Source of the DNA: Candidatus Dojkabacteria bacterium
GTDB lineage: Bacteria > Patescibacteriota > Dojkabacteria > J137
Direction of reading: 5' to 3'
Assembly: GCA_030834985.1 (NCBI GenBank)
Contig: JAUQWV010000003.1
Span: 64,656-128,655 of the forward strand
Length of the DNA: 64,000 bases
Shown: in pieces, positions 41,608 to 51,923 of the stretch
Layout: the number at the start of each line of letters is the position of its first letter
Numbering within the stretch: position 1 is the stretch's first letter
Made by a program: the position numbers and the translations under genes
Notes under the pieces: model-generated
The model's database searches: none
Told to the model about the DNA's origin: nothing
What the model saw: the letters and a program-made list of their open reading frames with translations, nothing else

Positions 41608-42675
41608 ATGAAGGTGATTTCAGCAGATGATCAAAATTTAGTAGAGACAGCAGTCCAGGTTTTATCTCAAGGAGGTTTAATTATTTACCCCACAGAAACT
41701 GCTTATGGCGTTGGTGTAGATGCTACAAACCCTACAGCAGTTAGTAAATTATTAGAATACAAAAAAAGACCCGAAGGAAAAGCTATTTCAATAGCTGTTG
41801 AATCAGAAGATATGGCAGAAAAATATGTAGATATTAACTCTGAGGCAAAAAGTTTTTACAAAAACTTTTTGCCGGGGCCAGTTACTATAGTTTCTAACTC
41901 TAAAGGCAAAGTTGATACCAGGTTAGAATCTGAGAAAGGTACCTTAGGAGTAAGAATTCCAGACTATAAACTTATTTTAGAAATTATTAACCACTTTAAT
42001 AAACCTATTACAGCAACATCTGCGAATTTAAGCGGTTCTAAAACTCCATATTCAATTGATGATATCTTGAATAATCTGCACGAAAAAAATAAAAATCTAA
42101 TTGATTTAATAATTGATGCAGGTACTTTACCTAAAAATCCGCCATCAACAGTAATTGATACTACATCCAACGAACTAACAGTTATTAGATCAGGCCAGAT
42201 TGATCCAACTAAAACATTATTGGTCAATTCCTATATTACTAATTCTGAAGAAGAAACTATTCAAACAGGATTTAATATCGCAAAGGAAGTTTATAATTCT
42301 GCGGCACCTAGCCTCATTTTATTAAATGGTGAGCTAGGTGCCGGCAAAACTCATTTAACAAAAGGCATTGCAAAATTTTTAGGTATTAATCAAATAATAA
42401 AGTCTCCCACTTATACATACGTTCAAGAATATAAATTCGAAAAAGATAAAAAGCTTTATCATATGGATGCTTGGAAGATCGATAACAAACGCGATCTTGA
42501 AGCATTAGAATTTTATAATTGGTTTAAGCCTGGTAATGTAATAGTTGTTGAATGGCCTAGTGTAATTATGAATTTAGATGAGAGTTTTTTTAACTCGATA
42601 GAATATTTTTATATTACGCTACGTTACTTAGATAATACTAAGCGGGAAATCAAGATCTTCAAAACTCAACTATAA
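41608..42675 (+). CDS. Fused TsaC (YrdC/Sua5) - TsaE t6A biosynthesis protein
   Basis: N: YPTETAYG, KKRP, LPGP, GVRIP, ATSAN, PSTVID; C: GELGAGKT, KSPTY, HMD, VEWP. Confidence 0.9.
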   Translation: MKVISADDQNLVETAVQVLSQGGLIIYPTETAYGVGVDATNPTAVSKLLEYKKRPEGKAISIAVESEDMAEKYVDINSEAKSFYKNFLPGPVTIVSNSKGKVDTRLESEKGTLGVRIPDYKLILEIINHFNKPITATSANLSGSKTPYSIDDILNNLHEKNKNLIDLIIDAGTLPKNPPSTVIDTTSNELTVIRSGQIDPTKTLLVNSYITNSEEETIQTGFNIAKEVYNSAAPSLILLNGELGAGKTHLTKGIAKFLGINQIIKSPTYTYVQEYKFEKDKKLYHMDAWKIDNKRDLEALEFYNWFKPGNVIVVEWPSVIMNLDESFFNSIEYFYITLRYLDNTKREIKIFKTQL

Positions 42676-43746
42676 TAAATCGGTTAAGCCTTCTTCTTTA
42701 ATTTTATCCAGCACTTTTTTAATATCACCTGTTTTATCTTTAGCACAAACTAAAAGTGCATCTTCAGTATCAACAATTACAATATTATCTAAACCTATTG
42801 TTGCAATAAGCTTATCTTTACTTCCCTTAACTAGAGCATTTGCAGTGTCGATATTCAAAACTTTACCATCACTATAAACTTCTGTAGGATTGGCAAAATA
42901 ACTATGCAAGCTATCCCATGTGCCAACATCGGTCCAGTTAAATGGAGTTAGAATTATATAGCCATCTTTAAAAACATACTTAGTCACATCTTCTGTTGGG
43001 CCTTCAATCATTTCTGAATAAATTTTATCTGTTAGTTCTTTTTCATTTGGTTTACCAAATGAATCTTTAATTTCCATTAAAGCTGCATACCAATCAGGCT
43101 TATATTTTTGGTATGCTTGCAACATTAAATCAGGATACCAGCAGGTGTGATTACAATGAGTTGAAACATTATATGTATGAATTAGATCTTTTGTTTTATT
43201 ATAGTCGCCAAGTCTATATACAAATTCATCCACAGAATATACATCTAAATTACTTTCTACATTAATTTTTATACCCAACTTTAAATAATCACTTCCCATG
43301 TCGGGAGTTATTGCTTTTTGACCTGCAGAAATAAATTTTCTATCTCTTTTTACAAGTTCTTCAGCTGCTTTTATCATCTCAATGAATTTATCCTCAGGAG
43401 CTCTAATACAATCTGATTGAATAATCATAAAAGGCTCATTAGGATGTAATACTGAAAGTTTTAATATAGCATAGCCTTCACCCGGGCCTCTATTCTTTTT
43501 ATACGGAGGTTCAACAATAATATTTGCTTCCGGAATCTCCGTTGCATCCTTTCTGACTAAATCAACATAGATCTCTTTGGTGGAAATAAAGATATCTTCA
43601 GGTTTATATGCTTTCAATAAGGTATCTATTTGATATCTAAACAATGTAGTACTGCCAACAATCGGCTGGAATTGTTTTGGTTTCTTTTCACGGCTCATTG
43701 GCCATAGCTTTGTTCCTTGGCCTCCTGCAGTAATGATAAACTTCAT
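42670..43746 (-). CDS. manC: Mannose-1-phosphate guanylyltransferase
   Basis: AGGQGTKLWPMSR..PKQF, WTDVGTW, VDTEDALLV. Confidence 0.88.
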   Translation of the reverse strand: MKFIITAGGQGTKLWPMSREKKPKQFQPIVGSTTLFRYQIDTLLKAYKPEDIFISTKEIYVDLVRKDATEIPEANIIVEPPYKKNRGPGEGYAILKLSVLHPNEPFMIIQSDCIRAPEDKFIEMIKAAEELVKRDRKFISAGQKAITPDMGSDYLKLGIKINVESNLDVYSVDEFVYRLGDYNKTKDLIHTYNVSTHCNHTCWYPDLMLQAYQKYKPDWYAALMEIKDSFGKPNEKELTDKIYSEMIEGPTEDVTKYVFKDGYIILTPFNWTDVGTWDSLHSYFANPTEVYSDGKVLNIDTANALVKGSKDKLIATIGLDNIVIVDTEDALLVCAKDKTGDIKKVLDKIKEEGLTDLL

Positions 43747-43782
43747 TAGTTTTAGTTAAAAGCTAGTGAGCTCATTATATCA

Positions 43783-43825
43783 AAGAAAAAAGCTGTCTTC
43801 GGAAAACGATGAACTCCGAAGACAG
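43783..43825 (-). terminator. Intrinsic terminator of the orphan gene
   Basis: 11-bp stem CTGTCTTCGGA/TCCGAAGACAG followed by a U-tract on the minus strand. Confidence 0.85.
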
Positions 43826-43843
43826 ACTGGCCAGCCTAGGACA

Positions 43844-44206
43844 TTACTGGTCTTCTTCGTTACTAAAAGATGCGATCTGCACTCCATACGAACCGATTGC
43901 CAGAACTGGAGTATCCCAGCCGAACACGGTAGCTCCGTAGAGCCTCAGTTTTGAGCCATCATTAAAGGTGACTTCATTTCCTGTTAGCCGTGCGTGGCTT
44001 ACAAAACTCCCGTCCTGGGCAATAGTTCCAAGCTGTCCCTGATTTAGCAGGTAGGCTTGCCCGTTAAGGGTTATATGTGTGCTTTGCTGCACCTTCCAAT
44101 TCACAAAAGAAGTTCCAGCTCGTCCTCCCGTTCCCGCCCATGCGACTAATAAGACGATGAAAATCGCAAGAGCAACTAACGGGTTACAGCTTAGTCTACG
44201 CTTCAT
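43844..44206 (-). CDS. GC-rich orphan secreted or membrane-anchored protein (120 aa)
   Basis: AAAGGAAG SD-like sequence before ATG 44206; N-terminal hydrophobic segment and beta-rich body. Confidence 0.7.
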   Translation of the reverse strand: MKRRLSCNPLVALAIFIVLLVAWAGTGGRAGTSFVNWKVQQSTHITLNGQAYLLNQGQLGTIAQDGSFVSHARLTGNEVTFNDGSKLRLYGATVFGWDTPVLAIGSYGVQIASFSNEEDQ

Positions 44207-44286
44207 TCTGCTTCCTTTCGTTAAGCCGACCTTTAACATAATTTTTTAATTAGGCTAAAGGTCGGCTCAAGTATCGTTTTCCGAAG

Positions 44287-44316
44287 TTTTAAAGAACACC
44301 TAGCATAGTGCATAGG
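44287..44316 (-). promoter_or_regulatory. boxB-like hairpin followed by boxA-like TGTTCTTTAAAA
   Basis: CCTATGCA-CTA-TGCTAGG immediately followed by TGTTCTTTAAAA; TATACT -10 at 44324-44329. Confidence 0.5.
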
Positions 44317-44475
44317 ATTCAGTAGTATAGCCTACTGTGTAAATAAATGTTACAATTTATTTGTGAAAAAGAAAATCTTTACCACAATAACTTCTTTCTT
44401 CTGGGCTTAAGCCCTTACTTTCTATACCTAAAATTTCACTTATTCTATATAATCAAATTTAGTTATTAATTAATT

Positions 44476-45486
44476 ATGGAAACTTTAAAACGTATATTAA
44501 CTGGTGATAGGCCTACGGGTAAGTTACACCTAGGACATTATATTGGATCGTTACAAAACCGAGTTAAGCTGCAAGATGAATATCAAACATTTGTTATGGT
44601 AGCAGACGTGCAAGCTTTAACTGATAATTTTGATAATCCAGAAAAAATCACTCAAAATATTTTAGAAACAACAATGGATAACCTGGCAGTTGGGCTTGAT
44701 CCTAAAAAAGTTACTTTCTTTATTCAATCTCAAATTCCCGAGATTGCAGAACTGACTGTATTTTTTATGAATCTAGTTACACATAGCCAAGTATTAAGAA
44801 ATCCAACTGTAAAAACTGAGATTGTACAAAAGAACTTTGGGGAAAGTATCCCTTTTGGATTTGTAGCTTATCCAATAAGTCAGGCAGCAGATATTCTATT
44901 TTTGCGAGCTAGTCTTGTTCCGGTAGGCGATGATCAAGCTCCAATGCTTGAATTAGCCGATGAAATCGGGAAAAGGTTTAATAGAACTTACACTACAGAT
45001 GTCTTTCCTGAAGTTAAAGGCTACTATAGCAACGTTGGAAGGCTTGTAGGAACTGATGGGAATGCCAAAATGAGTAAATCTATAGGTAATGCAATTTTGT
45101 TAAGTGATTCTGAAGACGAAGTAATTGCTAAAGTCAAAAAGATGTATACCGACCCAAATCGAATTAGACCTACTGATCCTGGTAAAGTTGAAGGCAATCC
45201 GGTATTTATTTATCACGATACATTTAATAGTAATAAAGATGAAGTTGATGAGCTAAAACAACGCTATATCAAAGGACAAGTAGGAGATGTAGAAGTTAAA
45301 GAAAAACTTGCTAAAGCCATTAACGTGTTTTTAGAACCAATCCGTGAGCGAAGAAAAGTTTATGAGCAAAACCCGCAACTTGTCGTTGATATTTTAAAAG
45401 AAGGAACTAAAAAAACAAAAGCTGAAGCTGAAGCTACAATGATGATCGTTAAAGATGCGATGGGCATTAATTACTTTGAAAAGTAA
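44476..45486 (+). CDS. trpS: Tryptophan--tRNA ligase
   Basis: [34 protein letters not shown]. Confidence 0.97.
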   Translation: METLKRILTGDRPTGKLHLGHYIGSLQNRVKLQDEYQTFVMVADVQALTDNFDNPEKITQNILETTMDNLAVGLDPKKVTFFIQSQIPEIAELTVFFMNLVTHSQVLRNPTVKTEIVQKNFGESIPFGFVAYPISQAADILFLRASLVPVGDDQAPMLELADEIGKRFNRTYTTDVFPEVKGYYSNVGRLVGTDGNAKMSKSIGNAILLSDSEDEVIAKVKKMYTDPNRIRPTDPGKVEGNPVFIYHDTFNSNKDEVDELKQRYIKGQVGDVEVKEKLAKAINVFLEPIRERRKVYEQNPQLVVDILKEGTKKTKAEAEATMMIVKDAMGINYFEK

Positions 45487-45487
45487 G

Positions 45488-45510
45488 AGCGCGGACTAAA
45501 AGTCCGCGCT
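45488..45510 (+). terminator. GC-rich hairpin after trpS
   Basis: AGCGCGGACT-AAA-AGTCCGCGCT; U-tract is weak. Confidence 0.65.
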
Positions 45511-45534
45511 TAAAATAGTCTATAATGGATTTGT

Positions 45535-48456
45535 ATGAAAAGAATAGTCCTAGTAGATTTTTTACGCGGAATCACAGTACTTTTAATGATCATTACCCAC
45601 GTTATTGGGTTAACGCTTGATCATTCTAACAGCACGGATAAAGCTGTTGAGTACATTGGATTAATCGGAGGTATTGCTTCTTTTACCTCTTTTTTGTTTT
45701 TATCGGGAATTTCGGGCTATCTAAGCTTTATTAAAAACGAAGAAACTGATAAGAATTCAATCAGAAAGATTATACAAAAAGAATTAAAGATAATCCTTGT
45801 TTATTACATTCTAAGCTTTGCAGCATTAGTTACCCTAGATAAGATACTAATTAATACAACAGCTAGTGCATTAAGAAATAACGTTGTTGACGTTCTAACA
45901 TTTACCGTTCTCCCTGAATTTACAGAATTTCTGCCGGCATTAGCATTGTTTTCTTTAAGTTTGATTTTCCTAAAAAGGTTTTATCAGTTTTTATCGGATA
46001 ACTTGATATTTACAACTGTTATAGGACTACTTTTGTACTTCTTAGGAACATTTCTTTTACCTTTAGATTTAGGAACAGTCCGCTTAAACTCGCTGAAAGC
46101 CTTACTAACTGGGCATTTAACAGCTACAGAAAGAATTCATTCTTTTCCGCTGCTACAGTATTGGATTATATTTTTACTTGGGATTTTTTACGGCAAATTT
46201 TTATACGACAATGTAGAACAAAAGCTGCGTTTAAAATTTGCCGTCAGGTTTTTAGCCGTAAGTTCAGTAATAACAGCTGTATTAGTTGTAGCTTATGAGG
46301 TTACTAAAATTAGCTTATTTTATCCTCTACCTGTTGAAGGAAGGTTCCCTCCTTCATTAGGATTTCTATCACTGAGTTTAACAATAACCTCTGCCCTACT
46401 TATCTTTAGCAATTATATTGTCAAATACATTCCTAAGTATTCGGCTAGAGCTTTAATTTATTTAAGTAAAAATGCTTTACAGTTCTTTTTTGCTCATATA
46501 ATTTTATTATTCGGCATTAAAGCTTATATCGATTCAAGCAATGCTCAAAAGCCTACAGATTTAGTAGCAATTTTAATAATTTTTGCAATAACAGTATTTT
46601 TTTCCTGGATAATAGTTTGGGCTTTAGATTCTGCTGCATATTTAATTACTAAAAGTAAAAAATTTAGAAATTCTTTAAATTTTGTAATATTCAGCTTTTT
46701 ACCTAATGTAGTTTTACTAGCATCAATCTTAATTCTTAGTTTTATACTTTATACATACATAACAGCATCCTCTGAAGCATCAAAAAGCTTAGCATCTGAA
46801 CTTGAAAAAAGGATTGTAGTAAACGCAGCTAATCTAGACTGGTGGGATGATAGCTATCAATTTAAAAGAAATTTAAATATAGTTAATACTTCTAACACAG
46901 ATTTTTATCAATATAGTTGGGTAAGCTTTATATTTGATCATGCAGGCGATATACAAAGCAGTAGTAATATACAAAGAAGCGGAGCTGATCTACGAATAAT
47001 ATATTTTGATAGTACAAATCAGGCTTATTTAAATCTGCCATTTATTTTAGAAAATCCAAATACTTCTCAAACAAAGCTAACATTTCAATTACAAAGCAAC
47101 ATAATTTCTACACGCGAAAGCAATGATTACTATCTATACTATGGCAATTTAGACGCAGATTCCTTTACCAAAAATGAAAGTGAGATTGGAAATATAATTA
47201 CTGATGCCGTTACCATTTCAGAAAGACAAACACATATTGTACAGGCCCGTGTAACTAAAGAATGGATTTTGAAAGACCAAATTACAAGTGAACTCAAAGA
47301 TAGATTTACATTTGAAATCACTTTACCTGAAAATATTGGGGAAAATACTTTTGCATACTATAGCGTAAGTGGAATTTTAAGAGGTCAAGAGATGCAGAAA
47401 GGCTCAAGAACTGTTTTCACTGCTCAACCTGATTTAGGGACGTTAGAACCCGGAGTTTATACTATTCAAGCAGAAATTATCGACTTAGATAATAACCTAA
47501 GGAGTTATAGAACATATAAAGTTCCTTTTAGAGTAACTTATCCTTTGTATGTTACGTGGTCTCAGGATTGGGAAGGGTGGGATGTATATCAATATAATCT
47601 TGATGAAATGGATAATATTGCTAATCGTTATGGGATTCCTGTAACACAACTATTTAATCCAAGAATCTTTGCAGAAGATCAATCAGCATTTTATGAAATA
47701 TCCGATGATAGAGCTGCATACTTAACTCAATGGGTAAAAGATAGAAAGGCAAGCCGTGGGGATGAAATTGGAATGCATCTGCATTTATTTGCAGATATGG
47801 TTAAAGAAGCAGGAGTTACCCCAAGAGCTGGAACTGTTGTAGGTGCAATGTATGGTGATGGCAGAACAAGTGATTTTACTCAAGACGAATTAGAAAAAAT
47901 ATTTAGATGGGGAATGCAGAAGTTTCAAGAACACGGCTTGCCAAAACCAATAACATATAGAACTGGAGGATGGATGTCAGGCCCTCATGTACTGCAAGCA
48001 GCGCAGAATGCGGGATTTATGATAGACACTTCTGGTAGAACAGGCGGTCTTATAAATCCCGCTTTAAGTTACAGTACTCCCGTACCTTGGAATCTAACCG
48101 AAACAACAAGACCATACTTACCTACAGTTGGAGATATCAATCGCTGGGAAGGTGAACGAATGTCTATCTGGGAATTTCCAAATAATGGTGCAGACTCTTA
48201 TTGGTTTAGTGGTGACGAATTAATTCATAGATTTCAGCTTAATTATGGAGCAACTGGAATACAAGATGCGCCACAGGTACTAACTTACCTGACTCATCCG
48301 CACTGGTTAACAAGCATTGATGCTCCAAAACTACATATGCTCTTTCAATATATATCAAACTATTTATATAAAAATGATGATGGTCCTGTTGTATTTTCTA
48401 CAATTGAAGGAGCTTATAATGAATGGAATAAAAGTAAATTTATAAATGGAAATTAA
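45535..48456 (+). CDS. DUF1624/acyltransferase-like multi-TM domain + DUF2341-like domain + polysaccharide deacetylase-like domain
   Basis: VDFLRG, FLFLSG, FPLLQY, RFPPS; WWDDSYQFKRNL...DLRIIY...YYLYYGN; DWEG, EIGMHLH, YRTGGW, THP. Confidence 0.75.
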   Translation: MKRIVLVDFLRGITVLLMIITHVIGLTLDHSNSTDKAVEYIGLIGGIASFTSFLFLSGISGYLSFIKNEETDKNSIRKIIQKELKIILVYYILSFAALVTLDKILINTTASALRNNVVDVLTFTVLPEFTEFLPALALFSLSLIFLKRFYQFLSDNLIFTTVIGLLLYFLGTFLLPLDLGTVRLNSLKALLTGHLTATERIHSFPLLQYWIIFLLGIFYGKFLYDNVEQKLRLKFAVRFLAVSSVITAVLVVAYEVTKISLFYPLPVEGRFPPSLGFLSLSLTITSALLIFSNYIVKYIPKYSARALIYLSKNALQFFFAHIILLFGIKAYIDSSNAQKPTDLVAILIIFAITVFFSWIIVWALDSAAYLITKSKKFRNSLNFVIFSFLPNVVLLASILILSFILYTYITASSEASKSLASELEKRIVVNAANLDWWDDSYQFKRNLNIVNTSNTDFYQYSWVSFIFDHAGDIQSSSNIQRSGADLRIIYFDSTNQAYLNLPFILENPNTSQTKLTFQLQSNIISTRESNDYYLYYGNLDADSFTKNESEIGNIITDAVTISERQTHIVQARVTKEWILKDQITSELKDRFTFEITLPENIGENTFAYYSVSGILRGQEMQKGSRTVFTAQPDLGTLEPGVYTIQAEIIDLDNNLRSYRTYKVPFRVTYPLYVTWSQDWEGWDVYQYNLDEMDNIANRYGIPVTQLFNPRIFAEDQSAFYEISDDRAAYLTQWVKDRKASRGDEIGMHLHLFADMVKEAGVTPRAGTVVGAMYGDGRTSDFTQDELEKIFRWGMQKFQEHGLPKPITYRTGGWMSGPHVLQAAQNAGFMIDTSGRTGGLINPALSYSTPVPWNLTETTRPYLPTVGDINRWEGERMSIWEFPNNGADSYWFSGDELIHRFQLNYGATGIQDAPQVLTYLTHPHWLTSIDAPKLHMLFQYISNYLYKNDDGPVVFSTIEGAYNEWNKSKFINGN

Positions 48457-48461
48457 AGCTT

Positions 48462-50417
48462 ATGACTAGAAGTGAATTCACTCAAAAAATCAAAAATTTT
48501 CTAGTTAAAACTAGGGAGATACTCAAACGCAACAAAGTAAAAATTATTTTAGGAATTTGCATTTTTATACCTGCTCTTTTAGTAATAATTGCTATTGCCT
48601 TTATTACAAACTATCTATCTACAACTCCTCAGATAATACACACCTATCCTGAAACTGAGCAGGCTTGGGATGATTATTTAAGACCTGTAGAAATAGAATT
48701 TAATGTTCCAGTACTAGCAAATAAATTTGAAGCAAAAATCACACCACGTATAGAAGGTGACTGGGTTTGGGAACCTTTTTTAGGATTTGCTAACCTTACT
48801 CAAAAAGGAAAATTCTATCCAAAAGAAACACTATATCCAAATCAAAGAGTTGTTTTTTATATTATTGGAGTTAGCAGACTTTTTAAAGAAGAAGATCATG
48901 AACTTCCTTTAACCATAACTACAGGGAGTGAGTCTGAAGTTGCATCAACAATACCATCAGAAGGTGAAAAGGATGTGCAAAAAGATAATGGAATAGTTAT
49001 AAATTTAAATAAAAAAAATAATTTCAACTCGGAATTTGTATTCAGCTTTAAGCCAGAAGTAGAATTCGAAGTTTCGAACCTTTTTTCTGACAAAATTGAA
49101 ATTAAGCCAAAAACCGGATTTACTCAAAATACTGAATACGAACTTAAAATTCAAAGACGTCCTATCCGCTATAACTTTGTAGAAACTGAAATAATTGAAT
49201 TTACAGATTACACCTATGAATCTAAATTAATCTTTAATACTACAAAAGAACCTTTAATAGAGAATTTTGAGCCACAAGGTAACGGTGTACGTGATGATGC
49301 TGTAATAAAAGTAGAATTTGAAGTACCAATGAACAAAGAAAGTGTTGAGGCTAACTTTTTAATAGAACCAGAAGTCGAAGGCGCTTTTGAATGGCAGGGC
49401 GAGGAAGATAAAATCTTTACATTTAAACCTGTAAAGTTAAATAAAGATACTAATTACAAAGTAACTTTTACAAAAGGGATAAAAAGTACAGTTGATGGCA
49501 GTACTGAAAAGGATTTAACATTTGAATTTAAAACTTTAGGAGCAGTTACTGTTACCAGTGTAAGCCCTGCAGATAATTCCAGCTGGGTAGCTGAAAGTAC
49601 AGCCATCTCTATAACTTTTGATCAGGAAGTTGATAACGAATCTGCTCAATCAAAATTTTCAATTTCACCTAGCATTGCAGGTTCTTTCTCTTGGGAAGGC
49701 AATACGATGCATTTTCATCCAGAAAACTGGTTAAGCTATATCACAACTTATACAGTAAATATTGACAGTGGAATTAAATCTATTTACGGACTAGACGGTA
49801 CTAGTACTTTTGCCAGTAGGTTTACAACAAGAGCTAATGAAATATCTATTGGTGGAATTCCACAAATGTATCAACCTTATGGGTCTTTTTCATGTAATAT
49901 TTATTCAGCTTTAATGCTTTTAGCCTGGAAAGGACATTACCCTGGAGCCTCTAATTTAATTGCAGAGATTGGTTATAACGAAAATCAATCTAACGGGCAA
50001 TGGACTGGTAACCCATATAAAGAATTTGTTGGTAATGCTGATGGAAGTTGGGGATATGGCGTTTATTGGGATCCTATCAAGAACGTATTTGCTAACCGAG
50101 GTATTTACACAGAAGTAGTTCACGGATGGTCAATACAAGGAATGGCGTATAAATTATTAGAAGGCCATCCAATAATCATTTGGAGACACAATGGAGAAAG
50201 CTCTTTTTATAATAAAGATTGGGTAGCAGCTGACGGAACATATGTTTACGCAATAAATGGTCAGCATGGTAGCGTTGTAATTGGATTTAGAGGTTCACCT
50301 GATAATCCCACTGAATTTTTAATTAACGATCCATGGTATGGGCAAATGTGGTACAGTGCTTATTACTTAGATTTATACTGGTCGTGGATGAATAGAACTG
50401 CGCTTATTGTGTACTAA
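48462..50417 (+). CDS. TM-anchored Ig-like (Big_5) repeat protein with C-terminal C39-like peptidase
   Basis: About 4 Ig-like repeats (I.FD..VD..S...F.I.P...G.F.W); Q....SC, QHG, NDPW catalytic triad. Confidence 0.8.
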   Translation: MTRSEFTQKIKNFLVKTREILKRNKVKIILGICIFIPALLVIIAIAFITNYLSTTPQIIHTYPETEQAWDDYLRPVEIEFNVPVLANKFEAKITPRIEGDWVWEPFLGFANLTQKGKFYPKETLYPNQRVVFYIIGVSRLFKEEDHELPLTITTGSESEVASTIPSEGEKDVQKDNGIVINLNKKNNFNSEFVFSFKPEVEFEVSNLFSDKIEIKPKTGFTQNTEYELKIQRRPIRYNFVETEIIEFTDYTYESKLIFNTTKEPLIENFEPQGNGVRDDAVIKVEFEVPMNKESVEANFLIEPEVEGAFEWQGEEDKIFTFKPVKLNKDTNYKVTFTKGIKSTVDGSTEKDLTFEFKTLGAVTVTSVSPADNSSWVAESTAISITFDQEVDNESAQSKFSISPSIAGSFSWEGNTMHFHPENWLSYITTYTVNIDSGIKSIYGLDGTSTFASRFTTRANEISIGGIPQMYQPYGSFSCNIYSALMLLAWKGHYPGASNLIAEIGYNENQSNGQWTGNPYKEFVGNADGSWGYGVYWDPIKNVFANRGIYTEVVHGWSIQGMAYKLLEGHPIIIWRHNGESSFYNKDWVAADGTYVYAINGQHGSVVIGFRGSPDNPTEFLINDPWYGQMWYSAYYLDLYWSWMNRTALIVY

Positions 50418-51054
50418 GTTCTTCTAATTTTTGTTTTCTTTTTAAAGCGAATATCTTTTTTCTAAAAAGCGTAATAATAAACACAAAAATTACTACAAAT
50501 GTAATTACAAAGTTTAGATAGATATCTGTATCATCAATTAAAACGCCATCTAAAACTAATATTGAGCTTTCATTAAAATTCCCAACTGATTGCTCTGCTA
50601 TCTTCTGTTTTACTTCAACATCAAGCTGATCTGCAGAAACATTAATTGTACTAAAATCTAAAGGAGCATTTAACTTTGATATAAGAGTCTTAGAAAACTC
50701 ATCATCGTTTATCTTAAGGACCTTTCCAGTAAATTTAATTTTTTCCGGTGTAAGTTTACTATGGGGAAATCTAATTATAAATTTATTACCAAATTCTTTT
50801 AAGCCGGCAAAATAAGTTGTTTGAGATATGTCCTGCGGCTGATCAGAAACCATTCTTAAATAATCTATTGTTCCTTCAATCTCAACTATATCACCATAAT
50901 TTATTTGGCTAAAAATTGTATCAACATTGTCAGTTGTAATAACTTCGTACTGACTACCTACTAGCTGAATTGAAGATTGATTAATCAAAAACGATAAGCC
51001 AGCAGAAAAAAGCAGTACCAGAATTATAATGCCGATAATTTGAAAAATATTCAT
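50404..51054 (-). CDS. Two-TM hypothetical protein
   Basis: TMs at both ends; start probably ATG 51054. Confidence 0.65.
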   Translation of the reverse strand: MNIFQIIGIIILVLLFSAGLSFLINQSSIQLVGSQYEVITTDNVDTIFSQINYGDIVEIEGTIDYLRMVSDQPQDISQTTYFAGLKEFGNKFIIRFPHSKLTPEKIKFTGKVLKINDDEFSKTLISKLNAPLDFSTINVSADQLDVEVKQKIAEQSVGNFNESSILVLDGVLIDDTDIYLNFVITFVVIFVFIITLFRKKIFALKRKQKLEELSTQ

Positions 51055-51055
51055 T

Positions 51056-51922
51056 TTATCTGAACTTATCAATTATATTACCAACATTATACCCTTTTAC
51101 CTCTTCTACCAATTCTGTTTTAATACTTTTTCTGCTGGCAAGCCTTGAATAGTAATCTTTTTTGTCTTTATTTAGATACAGTACCCCTATTGCTATTTTA
51201 TCTTGAACATCCTGTGCTACTTTTCTAGCTAGCTCCAAATCTGACGAATCGTAATCTTCTAGCGTTGAAACATCATAAACTCTTTGAGCATACCACTCGT
51301 GTGGAGTTACTTTATTATAAGTTGGACATGATTGTAGAACTTCAACATAGCTAAAGCCTTCATGTTCAATTGCTTGTTTAAATATACTTTCCATATGCTT
51401 AATATTTCCCGAAAAAGTCCTTGCAGCAAACGATGGCTTGAGTGACAGTACAAGTTCCATAGGAATTAACGTATCAGATGTTACGCCGCTTGGAGATGAA
51501 TTCATTTCTAAACCTTGTTTTGTAGTAGCCGATGCCTGGCCTGTTGTTAGGCCATAATTTGAATTATCGTGAAGAACAAATGTAAAATTGTAGTTTGCTC
51601 TAATACTATGTATTAAATGATTTATGCCTTCACTAAGAGTGCCGCCATCGCCACCGAATGCTATGGTAGTAACAGCTTTATTGGCGATGGCGGCACCAGC
51701 TGCAAAAGGCAAGATTCTTCCATGCAGTCCATGAACTGAATATGCATTTATTTTATCCGCCCCGTTACCGTGACAGCCAATATCAAAACACAAAAGTACT
51801 TCACTTGGCTTAATATTCTTATCGGCAAGTGCTCTTTTTATTGACGCATGAATACCGTAATTGCCGCAGTTAGTGCACCACGTATACAGTTCATCTGAAT
51901 TGTAGGCCGCACAATTACACAT
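51056..51922 (-). CDS. 2-oxoacid:ferredoxin oxidoreductase beta subunit
   Basis: WCTNCG, DIGC, LHGR, GGDG, NYGLTTGQAS, QSCPTYN. Confidence 0.93.
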   Translation of the reverse strand: MCNCAAYNSDELYTWCTNCGNYGIHASIKRALADKNIKPSEVLLCFDIGCHGNGADKINAYSVHGLHGRILPFAAGAAIANKAVTTIAFGGDGGTLSEGINHLIHSIRANYNFTFVLHDNSNYGLTTGQASATTKQGLEMNSSPSGVTSDTLIPMELVLSLKPSFAARTFSGNIKHMESIFKQAIEHEGFSYVEVLQSCPTYNKVTPHEWYAQRVYDVSTLEDYDSSDLELARKVAQDVQDKIAIGVLYLNKDKKDYYSRLASRKSIKTELVEEVKGYNVGNIIDKFR

Positions 51923-51923
51923 A

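Noticed and set aside
43766-43954. 62-aa plus-strand ORF as an antisense toxin or antitoxin
   Set aside because: It runs through a terminator and the orphan gene's 3' end, with no start signals or recognisable features.
44340-44475. Trp leader peptide or T-box upstream of trpS, by analogy with hisS
   Set aside because: No Trp-codon uORF, no T-box consensus and no convincing terminator found.
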